This document shows positions 39,860 to 51,560 of a DNA stretch of 64,000 nt, piece by piece. The number at the start of each line of letters is the position of its first letter. The first letter of the stretch is position 1. This DNA comes from Ophelia neglecta (Eukaryota). The notes under the pieces were generated by a model that searched no databases, was not told where the DNA came from, and saw only the letters and a program-made list of their open reading frames with translations. A program made the position numbers and the translations under genes. Location of the stretch: positions 20,646,001-20,710,000 of the forward strand of contig OZ260663.1 of assembly GCA_965285935.1 (NCBI GenBank). Reading direction: 5' to 3'.

Positions 39860-40500
39860 ACTCTGTGAGCTCTTTTTGATTATTTTGAGCCAGGTTGTTC
39901 TTTTTGCCTCCTTTTCATGTTGGTTTATGGCCGTAAAGCTTCCTCAAGTGCAACTCTAGCTGGCGTTTCCCTGTGAAGGCGTGGCATGGCCTAACCATCG
40001 GAGCCGTCTTGTTCGGATATGTTCACTCCATGTTCTTTGCTCTTGTTGTTTGGTATAGCAATACATTGATAGTTTGTAGGGTCATTTAACACTTAGCCTA
40101 AACGTATTGCATTTCACAACATGCGTCTGTTATATGAGTTGATCTGGTATTCTGTTGTTTTTGCTCATTATCCAGAGTTCCGAGTAATACACAAATACAC
40201 TTTCCAGACAGCCACGGAATACTCTGATCTTACATTGTTAAATGAGTTTATTGTCCTTAAACACAAAATTTCAGTTTATTATAGGCATTGTTGGTTAGTT
40301 GGTTCCTCCCCGTTATGTCCTCCAGCAGGCTGCCTAAGAGGAGTCCGAATTTTAAGATTCCTTTACTATGAGTACTCGTGCAGTCTGTTTTTGTTGTTTC
40401 TCCCTTGTCGATGTCAATTTTATGTATGCAGTTGGCTGACCCACCTAATGTTATCTGCCCATTTCGCCTATATCAGTAGTCAGTTAAGCCAAGGGGTTAG
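39860..40500 (-). mobile_element. Fossil RTE-clade LINE ORF2 (RT catalytic motif to C-terminus)
   Basis: LLI*AKWADNIRWVS (decayed YADD, 40461-40450), LGSLL, KIRVFRGCLESVFVYYSELW, WSEHIRTRRLRWLGHA (~40030-39983), ETPARVALEEALRP and RTTWLKIIKKEL. Confidence 0.8.
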
Positions 40501-40539
40501 GCTTACTAAATGTAGTCCATAATCTGCGAGACTACTGCA

Positions 40540-43390
40540 AAATACCCGGTATGACTAGTAGGTGTCTTGACTGCTGCCCGATACCCGGTATGACTAGCAG
40601 GTGTCTTGACTGCCGCCTGATACCCGGTATGACTAGTAGGTGTCTTGACTGCAGCCTGATACCTGGTATGACTAGCAGGTGTCTTGAATGCTGCCAGATA
40701 CCCGGTATGACTAGCAGGTGTCTTGATTGCCGCCTGATACCCGGTATGACTAGCAGTTGTCTTGGCTGCCGCCTGATACCCGGTATGACTAGTAGGTGTC
40801 TTGACTGCCGCCTGATACCCGGTATGACTAGCAGGTGTCTTGATTGCTGTCAGATACCCGGTATGACTAGCAGGTGTCTTGACATCCGCCAGATACCCGG
40901 TATGACTAGCAGGTGTCTTGACATCCGCCAGATACCCGGTATGACTAGCAGGTGTCTTGACTGCCGCCTGATACCCTGTATGACTAGCAGGTGTCTTGGC
41001 TGCGGCCAGATACCTGGTATGACTAGCAGGTGTCTTGACATCCGCCAGATACCCGGTTTGACTAGCAGGTGTCTTGACATCCGCCAGATACCCGGTATGA
41101 CTAGCAGGTGTCTTGGCTGCGGCCAGATACCTGGTATGACTAGCAGGTGTCTTGACATCCGCCAGATACCCGGTATGACTAGCAGGTGTCTTGGCTGCGG
41201 CCAGATACCTGGTATGACTAGCAGGTGTCTTGACTGCCGCCAGATACCCGGTATGACTAGCAGGTGTCTTGACATCCGCCAGATACCCGGTATGACTAGC
41301 AGGTGTCTTGACTGCCGCCTGATACCCGGTATGACTAGCAGGTGTCTTGATTGCCGCCTGATACCTGGTATGACTAGCAGGAGTCTTGACTGCTGTCAGA
41401 TACCCGGTATGACTAGCAGGTGTCTTGACATCTGCCAGATACCCGGTATGACTAGCAGGTGGTTTGACTGCCGCCTGATACCCGGTATGACTAGCAGGTG
41501 TCTTGATTGCCGCCTGATACCTGGTATGACTAGCAGGAGTCTTGATTGCTGTCAGATACCTGGTATGACTAGCAGGTGTCTTGACATCCGCCAGATACCC
41601 GGTATGACTAGTAGGTGTCTTGACTGCTGTCAGATACCCGGTATGACTAGCAGGTGGTTTGACTGCCGCCTGATACCCGGTATGACTAGCAGGTGTCTTG
41701 ATTGCCGCTTGATACCCGGTATGACTAGCAGTTGTCTTGGCTGCCGCCTGATACCCGGTATGACTAGCAGGTGTCTTGACATCCGCCAGATACCCGGTAT
41801 GACTAGCAGGTGTCTTGACTGACGCCTGATACCCGGTATGACTAGCAGGTGTCTTGATTGCCGCCTGATACCTGGTATGACTAGCAGGAGTCTTGACTGC
41901 TGTCAGATACCCGGTATGACTAGCAGGTGTCTTGACATCCGCCAGATACCCGGTATGACTAGCAGGTGTCTTGACATCCGCCAGATACCCGGTATGACTA
42001 GTAGGTGTCTTGATTGCCGCCTGATACCTGGTATGACTAGCGGGTGTCTTGATTGCTGCCACATACCCGGTATGACTAGCAGGTGTCTTGACATCCGCCC
42101 GATACCCGGTATGACTAGTAGGTGTCTTGACTGCCGCCAGATACCTGGTATGACTAGCAGGTGCCTTGATTGCTGTCAGATACCCGGTATGACAAGCAGG
42201 TGTCTTGACATCCGCCAGATACCCGGTATGACTAGTAGGTGTCTTGACTGCCGCCTGATACCCGGTATGACTAGTAGGTGTCTTGACTGCCGCCTGATAC
42301 CTGGTATGACTAGTAGGTGACTTGACTGCCGCCTGATACCTGGTATGACTAGTAGGTGTCTTGACTGCAGCCCGATACCCGGTATGACTAGCAGGTGTCT
42401 TGATTGCCGCCTGATACCCGGTATGACTAGTAGGTGTCTTGATTGCCGCCTGATATCTGGTATGACTAGCAGGTGACTTGACTTCCGCCAGATACCCGGT
42501 ATGACCAGCAGGTGTCTTGACTACTGCCATATACCCGGTATGACTAGTAGGTGTCTTGATGGCTGTCAGATACCCGGTATGACTAGCAGGAGTCTTGATT
42601 GTTGTCAGATACCCGGTATGACTAGCAGGTGTCTTGACATCCGCCAGATACCCGGTATGACTAGCAGGTGACTTGATTGCTGCCACATACCCAGAATGAC
42701 TAGTAGGTGTCTTGGCTGCGGCCAGATACCCGGTATGACTAGCAGGTGTCTTGACATCCGCCAGATACCCGGTATGACTAGCAGGTGTCTTGACTCCCGC
42801 CAGATACCCGGTATGACTAGCGGGTGTCTTGACTCCCGCCACTTACCCGGTATGACTAGCAGGTGTCTTGACTGCTTCCACATACCCGGTATGACTAGTA
42901 GGTGTCTTGGCTGCGGCCAGATACCTGGTATGACTAGCAGGTGTCTTGACATCCGCCAGATACCCGGTATGACTAGTAGGTGTCTTGACTGCCGCCTGAT
43001 ACCTGGTATGACTAGTAGGTGTCTTGATTGCCGCCTGATACCTGGTATGACTAGTAGGTGTCTTGATTGCCGCCTGATACCCGGTATGACTAGCGGGTGT
43101 CTTGATTGCTGCCACATACCCAGTATGACTAGTAGGTGTCTTGGCTGCCGCCTGATACCCGGTATGACTAGCAGGTGTCTCCATATCCGCCAGATACCCG
43201 GTATGACTAGCGGGTGTCTCGATATCCGCCAGATACCCGGTATGACTAGCGGGTGTCTTGACTACTGCCACATACCCGGTATGACTAGCAGGTGTCTTGA
43301 TTGCTGTCAGATACCCGGTATGACTAGCAGGTGGTTTGACTGCTGCCAGATTACCGGGATGCCTAGCAGAGTCTTAACTGCTGCTTGATA
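40540..43390. repeat. 39-bp minisatellite, ~73 copies; consensus ATACCCGGTATGACTAGCAGGTGTCTTGACTGCCGCC(A/T)G
   Basis: Direct reading. The unit is 13 codons, giving the long ORFs (KTPASHTGYLAAV)n on minus and (IPGMTSRCLDCRL)n on plus. Confidence 0.98.
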
Positions 43391-43519
43391 TGCCAGCCTG
43401 TGACATTTTCTCTATTCTTTCTTGTATCTGTGTGTTCTGTTGATTCTCAGCAGTGAATTAGATAAAATAAATAATTCTCCATTAAAGGCTAAGTGAGACA
43501 TCAACTTTGCTCAATCATA

Positions 43520-44950
43520 TGAAAGCCTTCACTAAATATTCAATTGCTGAATGTCTCACTGCGTAAGTTTGTAATTTCCGTTCTGAGATTGCATTCTCGT
43601 GTCCAATCATACCAGATTCGAGCTAAATAGGAAATGGTTCATTTTCTCATCGTTTTATCTGAATTGCAATGCCCCGTGTAGCTTCAGGTGACCTTAGTTT
43701 TAGTTACCTTCCATTAAGAGTGCGCAGACTCGTGATTAATGCATCTTTATTTTGGCTTATCGATTTGACAGCATTTCAACCAAAACTCTTATTGACATTT
43801 CACAGCAGATAATGGGGATTAACGTGAGATATCTATAATGTCGACCTGTTGGAAAACGCACGTGTTAATTTGTGTGCTTCTGTTAACATGACATTACGCC
43901 CGTCCTATAATGCAGGTGGCCTATTTCTACATGTATAGTCTCGTGGTTTATTTAATGGGACTTACTAAATATCAGTTTATATTAGATAACCATAATATAA
44001 GTAAAACACTTAATTCTATACAGTAGTTCCATATGCAAAAAATATTGCCACATTAAGATATGTTCTTATATTATGCCCGCTTGGCAATTGTAGAGTTTTT
44101 TTTTTCTTTTAACCAGCCTGGTCAGCAGTTGCCAGATGGCTTAATGCTAATTGGTTTGATAAAATTCAAAGCCAGAGTGCGCTGGATATTTAATAAATTT
44201 GGAAATTTTAATAAACTGGGAAGTTCCTATGCCGGGGGATCTAATATATACTTTACAAATCAGAAATGTCTAGGCTGAATAAGCCACGTCAATGCATATT
44301 CTCTCCCCCCCCCCCCCTCCCTCCCTTCCGTCGTCCCGAACATTTAAGCTTAACTGATCTGTTGATCAAAGCCAAATAGCCAAAGGAATTTCATGGATAC
44401 TGTATAGTAAATTATCAATAATGTTTGCTGGCACTTATTTATTTCCACGTGTAATTGATATCAAAACCGTCAAAGATGATTGTCTACCATCATTTTGCAC
44501 ATGAGCAAGCAAAGTATACACGCTGAATTAGAACTGCTGCTTTATTCTACTAAATGAGAGGAACTGTAATACAATCATAAAAAGTATAATATTACAGTAT
44601 CAACTTAATCATATAAATGCTGGACATTGTTGACATTTAACCTCGCCATGAAGCTTTTCTGCAAAAATGAGGTAAAGAGACAAAACAAAGATTGCTTTAT
44701 CATTTCTCTATTGCAGGTTTAATCTCAAATATATCCTCTCTATTTTATCATATTCTTTGTCTGAATCATACCTAGTCCTTTCCTTTTGTTCAAATTATTC
44801 ATAACGTTCGACGCCTAAAGAGAAAACCGTTCAGAGTGAGAGCCCTTAGGGAAATTAAACTGATGGATAGTGCACTGTTAGTTCTTATTTCTTCATTAAG
44901 CTTATTGACTAAAACTACGAAATGTCAATAAAGGCTTTAACAACTCTAAT
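43520..44950 (+). repeat. Segmental duplication block 1, copy 1 (paralog 60563-62375)
   Basis: Shared colinear blocks such as gaatgtctcactgcgtaa.tttgtaatttccgttctgagattgca, ttgacatttcacagc.gat.atgggga, atgttcttatattatgccc and agtgagagcccttagggaaatt.aact. Confidence 0.85.
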
Positions 44951-45769
44951 TATAAATTATTCGCTGAGTGTCAAATCAGATTAATCTAATATTTAGGCGA
45001 GGTTTCGCAGAAGTCCATAATTCATAACCATGTGAATCAATAATGAGCTTTATAGCCGATCTGGGCGCTTTTAGCGATATATATCCATTTATAATGGTCT
45101 ACCAAGTCACGATGACTGTGTACCTGTGGTAATTACCAATCTAAATGCGAAACTAATTCAATAATCTACTCAGTTGCCGCAATAATTCTAAAAAATCTGC
45201 GAACATCTCCAAAGAAGACTGAATATATACCGTGAAAGGTCAACTAGCATAAAAACTACATGAATTGAGTAAGGATGATATCACAGGTGTATAAACTCAC
45301 TGCTATAAGTGATCATAGCTGATAATATTTTAACAAGCCATGTTTAAGAACCTGGAGGAGCAACTACACTTCATTTGCATATGCCCAGCATATAATTCAT
45401 TGCGTGCCAAATTATTTCACTCTGTAGAGGAAGCCGATCCACTGTTCCGTGGTCTGTATCTCTTGGACATACCTATACACCTATATAGCTAAGTAGACGG
45501 GAATTGTTGTGTTAATTAATAAAACCTGACGCATGGCCAATTTGTTCGTCCATTGGCCAACTACCTCCATTATATAATTTAAAAGTCAATAGCATAAAGT
45601 TTATATGTACTATATTATCTCAAGTTCGTCGCTATTTCTTGGCAAAGGGCCATTTTAAATTTGTTTATGTCTGATTTTGATATTCGATTGAAATCAAGCA
45701 CTAGTCAGAGCTTTTTCCCAGCGTCGCCCTCAAGAACATTTGAGTATTTGATATGCTGTTGGATGCAGG

Positions 45770-46063
45770 TTGTTCATTCCGGCATCCCACGTGTCTAAAG
45801 CCCTGGACGATGATTTCTGGCCGACCGACATCTCATGTAGAAGGTGGGAGATCAACAGATTCGGCACGACATCGAAATATACAGACAATCCCCGCCTAGT
45901 TGACAGTACCTCCTCGTGCCGAGACAACAGACAAGATCAGGGTTTTCATCCCACTTCAAGGAGTTACCGCCAGAGACGCCCCCAACCCAGAAGCGAACAT
46001 TTCGACCATAGTGACAACCCGTATCTTCATGATCAATATTTTTATAATAATAATGGTTACTAA
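45770..46063 (+). CDS. Truncated LINE ORF1 C-terminus
   Basis: DDDFWPTDISCRRW matches GFWPGKTYIRPW at the end of the other LINE's ORF1. Its stop overlaps the ORF2 ATG. Confidence 0.65.
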   Translation: MFIPASHVSKALDDDFWPTDISCRRWEINRFGTTSKYTDNPRLVDSTSSCRDNRQDQGFHPTSRSYRQRRPQPRSEHFDHSDNPYLHDQYFYNNNGY

Positions 46064-49000
46064 TGATAATGACATTTCTCGCCTGAATAAACAAGAGTTA
46101 CGTGTGGGACAATGGAATTGCAGGTGTTTTAGTAGCTCAAAAAATTACATATGCTCACTACTAAATTCTTGTGACATCCTGGGTATAAACGAACATTTCT
46201 TGTACCCGCACGAACACCAAAGACTTACTGGTTTACACCCTAATTTTCACGGTATAGCCAAATCTAGTAAAACACTTCACGTAGAAAACTATGGCAGCGT
46301 AATTGGTTGCGGGGGTGTCGCCATATACTGGGCAAAATATATTGATAATGTTCAAGTTGTAAATATTGACTCTGATCGTATCTGTGGCATACAGTTAGTT
46401 AATGCTGATGGTACTACCTTGTCTATTATGTGTGTATATATGCCACAGCAGCAATGTAAGAATGAAACATACTCTGATATATTAGATGTACTTTATGAAC
46501 ATGTAACGAGTCTAAGCGAGACAGGGTCTGTCATAATCATTGGTGATTTGAATGCCAACCTCGACAAAAGTCATGGTAAACGTGGCCCAAATAAGCCAAT
46601 ACTAACGACTAACGGTGAGTTACTGAATGAGTTTACCGTATCTAACTGTTTAAAAGCAATTGACTTGTCGGATAAATGCATTGGACCACTTTATACTTAC
46701 ATAGGATACGACGGGTCCAGGTCATATATAGATCACTGTCTTGCTTCTGATGCTCTTGTACCTAACGTAAAAAGTTGTAAAATAATCGATGACAATTTGC
46801 ATATCACGTCTGATCACCTTCCCATTATTACCACCTTCGCTCGGGAAAACATATGCAAATTGGTCCACATCAACCCAGTCTCCCACCAGAGACTAAACTG
46901 GAGCAGGCTAACACAGGAGGAAATCTCATCGGGGTACACCAGAGCCCTGACACATGTCTTGACCAGTGACCCGAGGTTAAAGGAAAAGCCATCGACATGT
47001 GAAGATATCGACAACTACGTGAAACTACTTACAGCGGCTCTGACCTACACTGCTAAGGCTACCATACCATGTAAGCAGTATCGTAAATGGGTAAAACCAT
47101 ATTGGAGTCCTGACATCAATACCACAAAAAAAGAACACCTAAGAAATTATAACGAATGGAATAATGCAGGTAGACCACGTAGTCATGAAAACGTTTTATT
47201 CGTAAGGTATAAAGAGTCAAAGAGACAGTATAGAAAAGAGAGACGCGCAGCAGAACATCGGGAGGCCGAACGAGAACAGAACGAGATTATTCAGACTGGA
47301 GGAATTGACCAGAAATATTACTGGCGACTGGTCAACAGCAAGAGACAAAAAGGAGTGCGAGTCAATTTAATAGAAGGCGAAAATGGTCGCCTCTTGACAG
47401 AAATGGAGGAAATTGGCGAGGATTGGCGACTGTATTTCTCAAACCTGGTCAAACCGAACAATGATCCCACATACAAGAGTAAGTTTAAAAACCTCGTGGA
47501 GGAGAGCGCTAAAGAGTACTGCGACTCGCCACAGCTTATGCCTGACGATATTTCCTGCCTACCAATTACTGATAATGAGGTAATGGCTATGGTGAAAAAG
47601 GCAAAATCAGACAAAGCTGGAGGTTTTGACGGCTTAACTGCAGAGCACCTGAAACACGGAGGGGGCCAATTAATCTCTACAATCACGAATTTATACAACG
47701 CAATCTTGGAGATGGAATACGTCCCAAGTGACTTCAAGCGTGCCATAGAAGTGCCCTTATTCAAAGGAGGGGGCAAGAATCCGAGACTCAAAGACAACTA
47801 TAGAAAAATAAGCTTACTTCCTAGCCTAGGGAAGATCTTGGAAGGTATATACCATCGGAGGATACAGAGCTGGTCTCGAAATCAGAATCTCGTCAACCCA
47901 CTACAAGGGGCGGCCTTAGATAAGTGCTCTAGTCGACACTCTACTATCTTATTAAGGCAGACAATACACGAACACAAAGAAAGAGGCGACGATGTATATG
48001 TAACGTTGCTGGACTGCAGAAAGGCGTTCGACACCATATGGATAGATGGGCTTTTCTACAAACTCTACCACTATGGTATTAGAGGAAAGACCTATAGGAT
48101 ACTCCGCCAATGGTATAGTAATTTTCTGAGTTCTGTTCGTGTGGGGAACGAGCTGTCTGACTGGTTTGATGTCTCACAAGGCTTGCACCAAGGAGGGATG
48201 CTATCCATGCAACTCTTCGTCCTATATTACAATGACATGCTCCAACAAATATCAGAACGGAATCTCGGATGTCATATATTGGGGATAGATTCAAGTTGCC
48301 CAGGATTTGCCGACGATATAACCTTGGTGACATCCAGCCGTAAATCCATGTTAGCACTCCTTGACATTGCCCATGCTTATAGCAAAAAGTGGCGCCTGGA
48401 CTATAATGTGTCTAAATGCGAGATGCTTAAGTTTGGCCATCTCAAAACAAACAGAGACGAGAGAGTCCATCTTGGCCCAGGATTGATCCCAATTTCTGAA
48501 AAATCCGTCCATCTCGGTGTCCCCCTTGTGACAACCAGGAAGGCAATGACCGAGAGTGTCCGCGACCGAGTTAAGTCTGCACGAAGGAAGATGAACTCAC
48601 TCCTTGGCGTAGGGACAAGCTATGGGCGATACAACACTAGAACGTTATCTAAACTGTACTGGTCCATTGTCATCCCCAGCTTCTTGTATGGCCTGGACTT
48701 GGTAAGGCTTACTTTGACCCAGCTAGACCTGCTCGAAGTAGAGCATCGCAATACGGCAAGAAGGATTCAAAACCTCTCACCAGCAGCCAGTAATGCAGCC
48801 GTCCTAGTGTCCTTGGGATGGCCCACAGTGGAAGCTTACCTGGATGTACAGCGATTAAAGACATTACGCGACCTACTTGACTTACCGACATCCTGCATCT
48901 ATCGGACGCTCACTATAAGAACACTCACTGTGAAAGAATTGCGTGGAAGGGTCCCACCTGAAAGCCCTATAGGATTAATGGTGTCTACTTATCTGAAGTA

Positions 49001-49550
49001 CGGACTGTATAACACCCTTACAACATGGTTGGAGAAGGGAAAGGTACCTACCAAGACCGCCTGGAAACGACACGCTAAAGAAGTCTCTCGGCAGTACCTA
49101 CAGCGTCACTGGAGGATACAATGTCTCACCTTCTCAAGCCTCTCTCTTTTCTCATCAGTCATGACAGAGTACCGCCCTATGGAGTGGTGGAATTCTGCTA
49201 CGACAATGACGACTACTAGAGGAGCCCAGGTTGTATTAAAATTGCTCACAGGTACGTCCGCCATATATTCCCACTCCGGTAGACATGTCAACCGAATGGG
49301 GCGCAACATATGCCCCCTATGTGACACAGTAGGAGACAATTTGGAGCATATCTTATACATGTGCCCCGGTTTGTGTGTGGAACGAGCGAAGGTGCTTGCT
49401 TGCATCAGACGTGATATATCACCAGATATTGATAAGTGTCAAAAGATACTCGATTGGAGGTCATATTGCATTGAGGACCGACTAAAGGTACTTGCAGGTA
49501 TAAGCTCCATGTACGGCAAACGTATACATCACGGTTTGAGTAATGCTTAA
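46053..49550 (+). CDS. LINE ORF2: AP endonuclease, reverse transcriptase and C-terminal CCHC finger
   Basis: APE motifs QWNCR, INEH, IIIGDLNA, YIDHCL, SDHLP. RT motifs NYRKISLL, LDCRKAFD, QGLHQGGMLS, FADDI. C-terminal CPLC..LEHILYMC. The frame is open from 45900; the ATG at 46053 overlaps the ORF1 stop. Confidence 0.92.
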   Translation: MVTNDNDISRLNKQELRVGQWNCRCFSSSKNYICSLLNSCDILGINEHFLYPHEHQRLTGLHPNFHGIAKSSKTLHVENYGSVIGCGGVAIYWAKYIDNVQVVNIDSDRICGIQLVNADGTTLSIMCVYMPQQQCKNETYSDILDVLYEHVTSLSETGSVIIIGDLNANLDKSHGKRGPNKPILTTNGELLNEFTVSNCLKAIDLSDKCIGPLYTYIGYDGSRSYIDHCLASDALVPNVKSCKIIDDNLHITSDHLPIITTFARENICKLVHINPVSHQRLNWSRLTQEEISSGYTRALTHVLTSDPRLKEKPSTCEDIDNYVKLLTAALTYTAKATIPCKQYRKWVKPYWSPDINTTKKEHLRNYNEWNNAGRPRSHENVLFVRYKESKRQYRKERRAAEHREAEREQNEIIQTGGIDQKYYWRLVNSKRQKGVRVNLIEGENGRLLTEMEEIGEDWRLYFSNLVKPNNDPTYKSKFKNLVEESAKEYCDSPQLMPDDISCLPITDNEVMAMVKKAKSDKAGGFDGLTAEHLKHGGGQLISTITNLYNAILEMEYVPSDFKRAIEVPLFKGGGKNPRLKDNYRKISLLPSLGKILEGIYHRRIQSWSRNQNLVNPLQGAALDKCSSRHSTILLRQTIHEHKERGDDVYVTLLDCRKAFDTIWIDGLFYKLYHYGIRGKTYRILRQWYSNFLSSVRVGNELSDWFDVSQGLHQGGMLSMQLFVLYYNDMLQQISERNLGCHILGIDSSCPGFADDITLVTSSRKSMLALLDIAHAYSKKWRLDYNVSKCEMLKFGHLKTNRDERVHLGPGLIPISEKSVHLGVPLVTTRKAMTESVRDRVKSARRKMNSLLGVGTSYGRYNTRTLSKLYWSIVIPSFLYGLDLVRLTLTQLDLLEVEHRNTARRIQNLSPAASNAAVLVSLGWPTVEAYLDVQRLKTLRDLLDLPTSCIYRTLTIRTLTVKELRGRVPPESPIGLMVSTYLKYGLYNTLTTWLEKGKVPTKTAWKRHAKEVSRQYLQRHWRIQCLTFSSLSLFSSVMTEYRPMEWWNSATTMTTTRGAQVVLKLLTGTSAIYSHSGRHVNRMGRNICPLCDTVGDNLEHILYMCPGLCVERAKVLACIRRDISPDIDKCQKILDWRSYCIEDRLKVLAGISSMYGKRIHHGLSNA

Positions 49551-50899
49551 TCAATCCTGACCATGTAGTAGTGGTATACGTACATAAATGTGTTCTAGCA
49601 GGGTATTCCTTATCATCTCTATAGTACATCATCTTAGTATGGAGACTGTATATATGTTTTGTTTATTTTCGGTAATTACTTGTCGCAAATTTGCCTGTTG
49701 TTTATTTATATCACATCTTTAATGTACATGTAACTCTCCAGAAAGTGGAGGCCAAATAAAACTATATATATATATGGTATGGTATGGTATGATATGTTAT
49801 GTTATGTTATGGTATGGTATAACTGAAATTAAAGGAATACAAAATTATAGACTGATATATATATTTGCGCAACATTGCAATTGGATAGTGGCGTTTTGGG
49901 GTCCGAGTTTATCCGGTTGCCGTATGATAAATCAAGATAACTTTCAATGGAACAAAAACACCACGCCATCATATATCAACCAACTACATATCTCAGAAAG
50001 ATAATATCCGGAAGAAATCAGCGGTTATTCCTAGTGCAAACATTCTATATAAAACACAAATTTTGGTCGAACATGTGAAATAAATGAATTAGCGCATAGA
50101 AATTCAATTTCGCCCATTAGATAAACCTAGTCATATCTTTTCAATACCAGTGCTAGGAAGTGCGATTAACCTTTTCAATATTCTTTCCAGTGCTGGAACT
50201 GAACTGTAAAGACCATTTATACTCAATTATCAACCTTAGAAAAGTTGAGTTTTTTTCGGCTAACCTTGCTAAAGCTACAATGTCAACGGTCGAATATCAC
50301 TTATTTTCAACACTTTTTGGAAAATTTACTTCATACAATAATACAGGGAAATAAAATGCATTTAGATTTTACTTGATATTCTCTTCTTTTTTATTGCAGA
50401 GCTTTTGTAACCACCGCTACCGACAAAACGACAAACATGCTAAGATGTAATTAATCAGAAGTAGCATGCATTATGTTGCATATTTCCAACCTTGCCAATA
50501 TATAAATCAAGAATATTTTTTTCTGGATTATGATGACATTTTAATCAGTAAGTTGCCTCTGAATTATATGCGTTCGATATTGATTAATCATCTATATCTA
50601 ATCCATCGGCCAGCCCTACGGGTTAACCCTGCCCAACCAAATTGATGACGTTAATGCATTTAGGGAACAAAATTGCTTTTGTTGCGTTTCGGTCCCACAT
50701 GTAAACTTTTAGGTCATAAGGTTTTCTTAGACATAACTTCTCTTTAACTGCACAATATCACAAATTTGTTCTCATATGTCCCTCTCCATGCTGAATAATT
50801 TGAATATTCATGTGGCTCTTTCTCATCTAATAATATGAAAGAACTAATAGTAGTTTTATTGTAGGGATTTACAAGTGGAAATAATAAGGGCTTTCCCGA

Positions 50900-51560
50900 T
50901 GAAGGTGTATGTTGACGCTTGACAGAAAAAAGTTCTGAATGGCTCATAAGATATAACCCATCCCAACCCACCAACACGGGGATACCAGTAGGACTAGTAT
51001 TGGTTTGTGTGTTTGTGTTATACTCGACAGGAATGTTTATGCACACATAAATATTCCCAAGAATACGATTATTGGTCTGCTTATTGTATATACCAGACGA
51101 CCACATGCGGAGCAGACTCCTGAACCGTTAAAACTGATCTTAGAAACGAAAGTTTCATCTGATGAAACCTAGGTTATTGATTGCCAATAATTACTACGGA
51201 AATTGTACAGAGACACAATTTATATGACGCGTCATCCCAGGTATAGAAACGTGTTATGCAGTGCTTGGAAGCTTAAAGCAGCACCAGTCCAGTGAAAAAT
51301 GTTCAAAAGTGTTTCTCTGCGTAGATTGACATTTTATCGGTCAAAAGGTGATTGTTGATGAGTTGATCACAGTCTTATTGCATCGTAAAGATTAGTCGTC
51401 CCAGCTATTGGGAGAACGTTCAGAAGCTTTTACTTTATTGGAATGTCTTATATGTAATGTAAAATAATGTGAAAGTCTTTTCTTGCAGCATTTAACAGTT
51501 ATATATTGACGATGTAGAAACATTTCTAGGAATTGCAGAATCTTTATGATATATAATTAG
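50900..51560 (+). repeat. Segmental duplication block 2, copy 1 (paralog ~63050-63800)
   Basis: acccaccaac.cggggata, gtgttatact.g.caggaat, cgattattg.tct, tataga.acgtg..atgcagtgc and ttctaggaatt are shared in order. Confidence 0.75.

Larger units (their letters stand above)
45765..49820 (+). mobile_element. 5'-truncated non-LTR retrotransposon (APE-RT-CCHC, RTE-X-like) with intact ORF2
   Basis: ORF1 C-terminus, uninterrupted ORF2, 3' stem-loop CTCCA-GAAAG-TGGAG, AATAAA and a (TA)n tail followed by a (TATGG/TATGT)n microsatellite. The clade call is recalled, not computed. Confidence 0.92.

Noticed and set aside
40506-43388. 778-aa, 423-aa and other long ORFs as bona fide genes
   Set aside because: They are explained by a stop-free 39-bp unit. 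There is no signal peptide or unique domain, the longest starts at GTG, and ORFs occur in several frames on both strands. Kept only as a speculative finding.
40540-43390. CRISPR array (constant palindromic repeat plus variable segment)
   Set aside because: The variable segments are only ~10-12 nt, recur many times and are related to each other. There are no cas genes and the context is eukaryotic. It is a minisatellite.
46814-49632. Minus-strand ORFs inside the LINE (and plus-strand ORFs inside 55-59.7 kb)
   Set aside because: Antisense shadows of retrotransposon ORFs.
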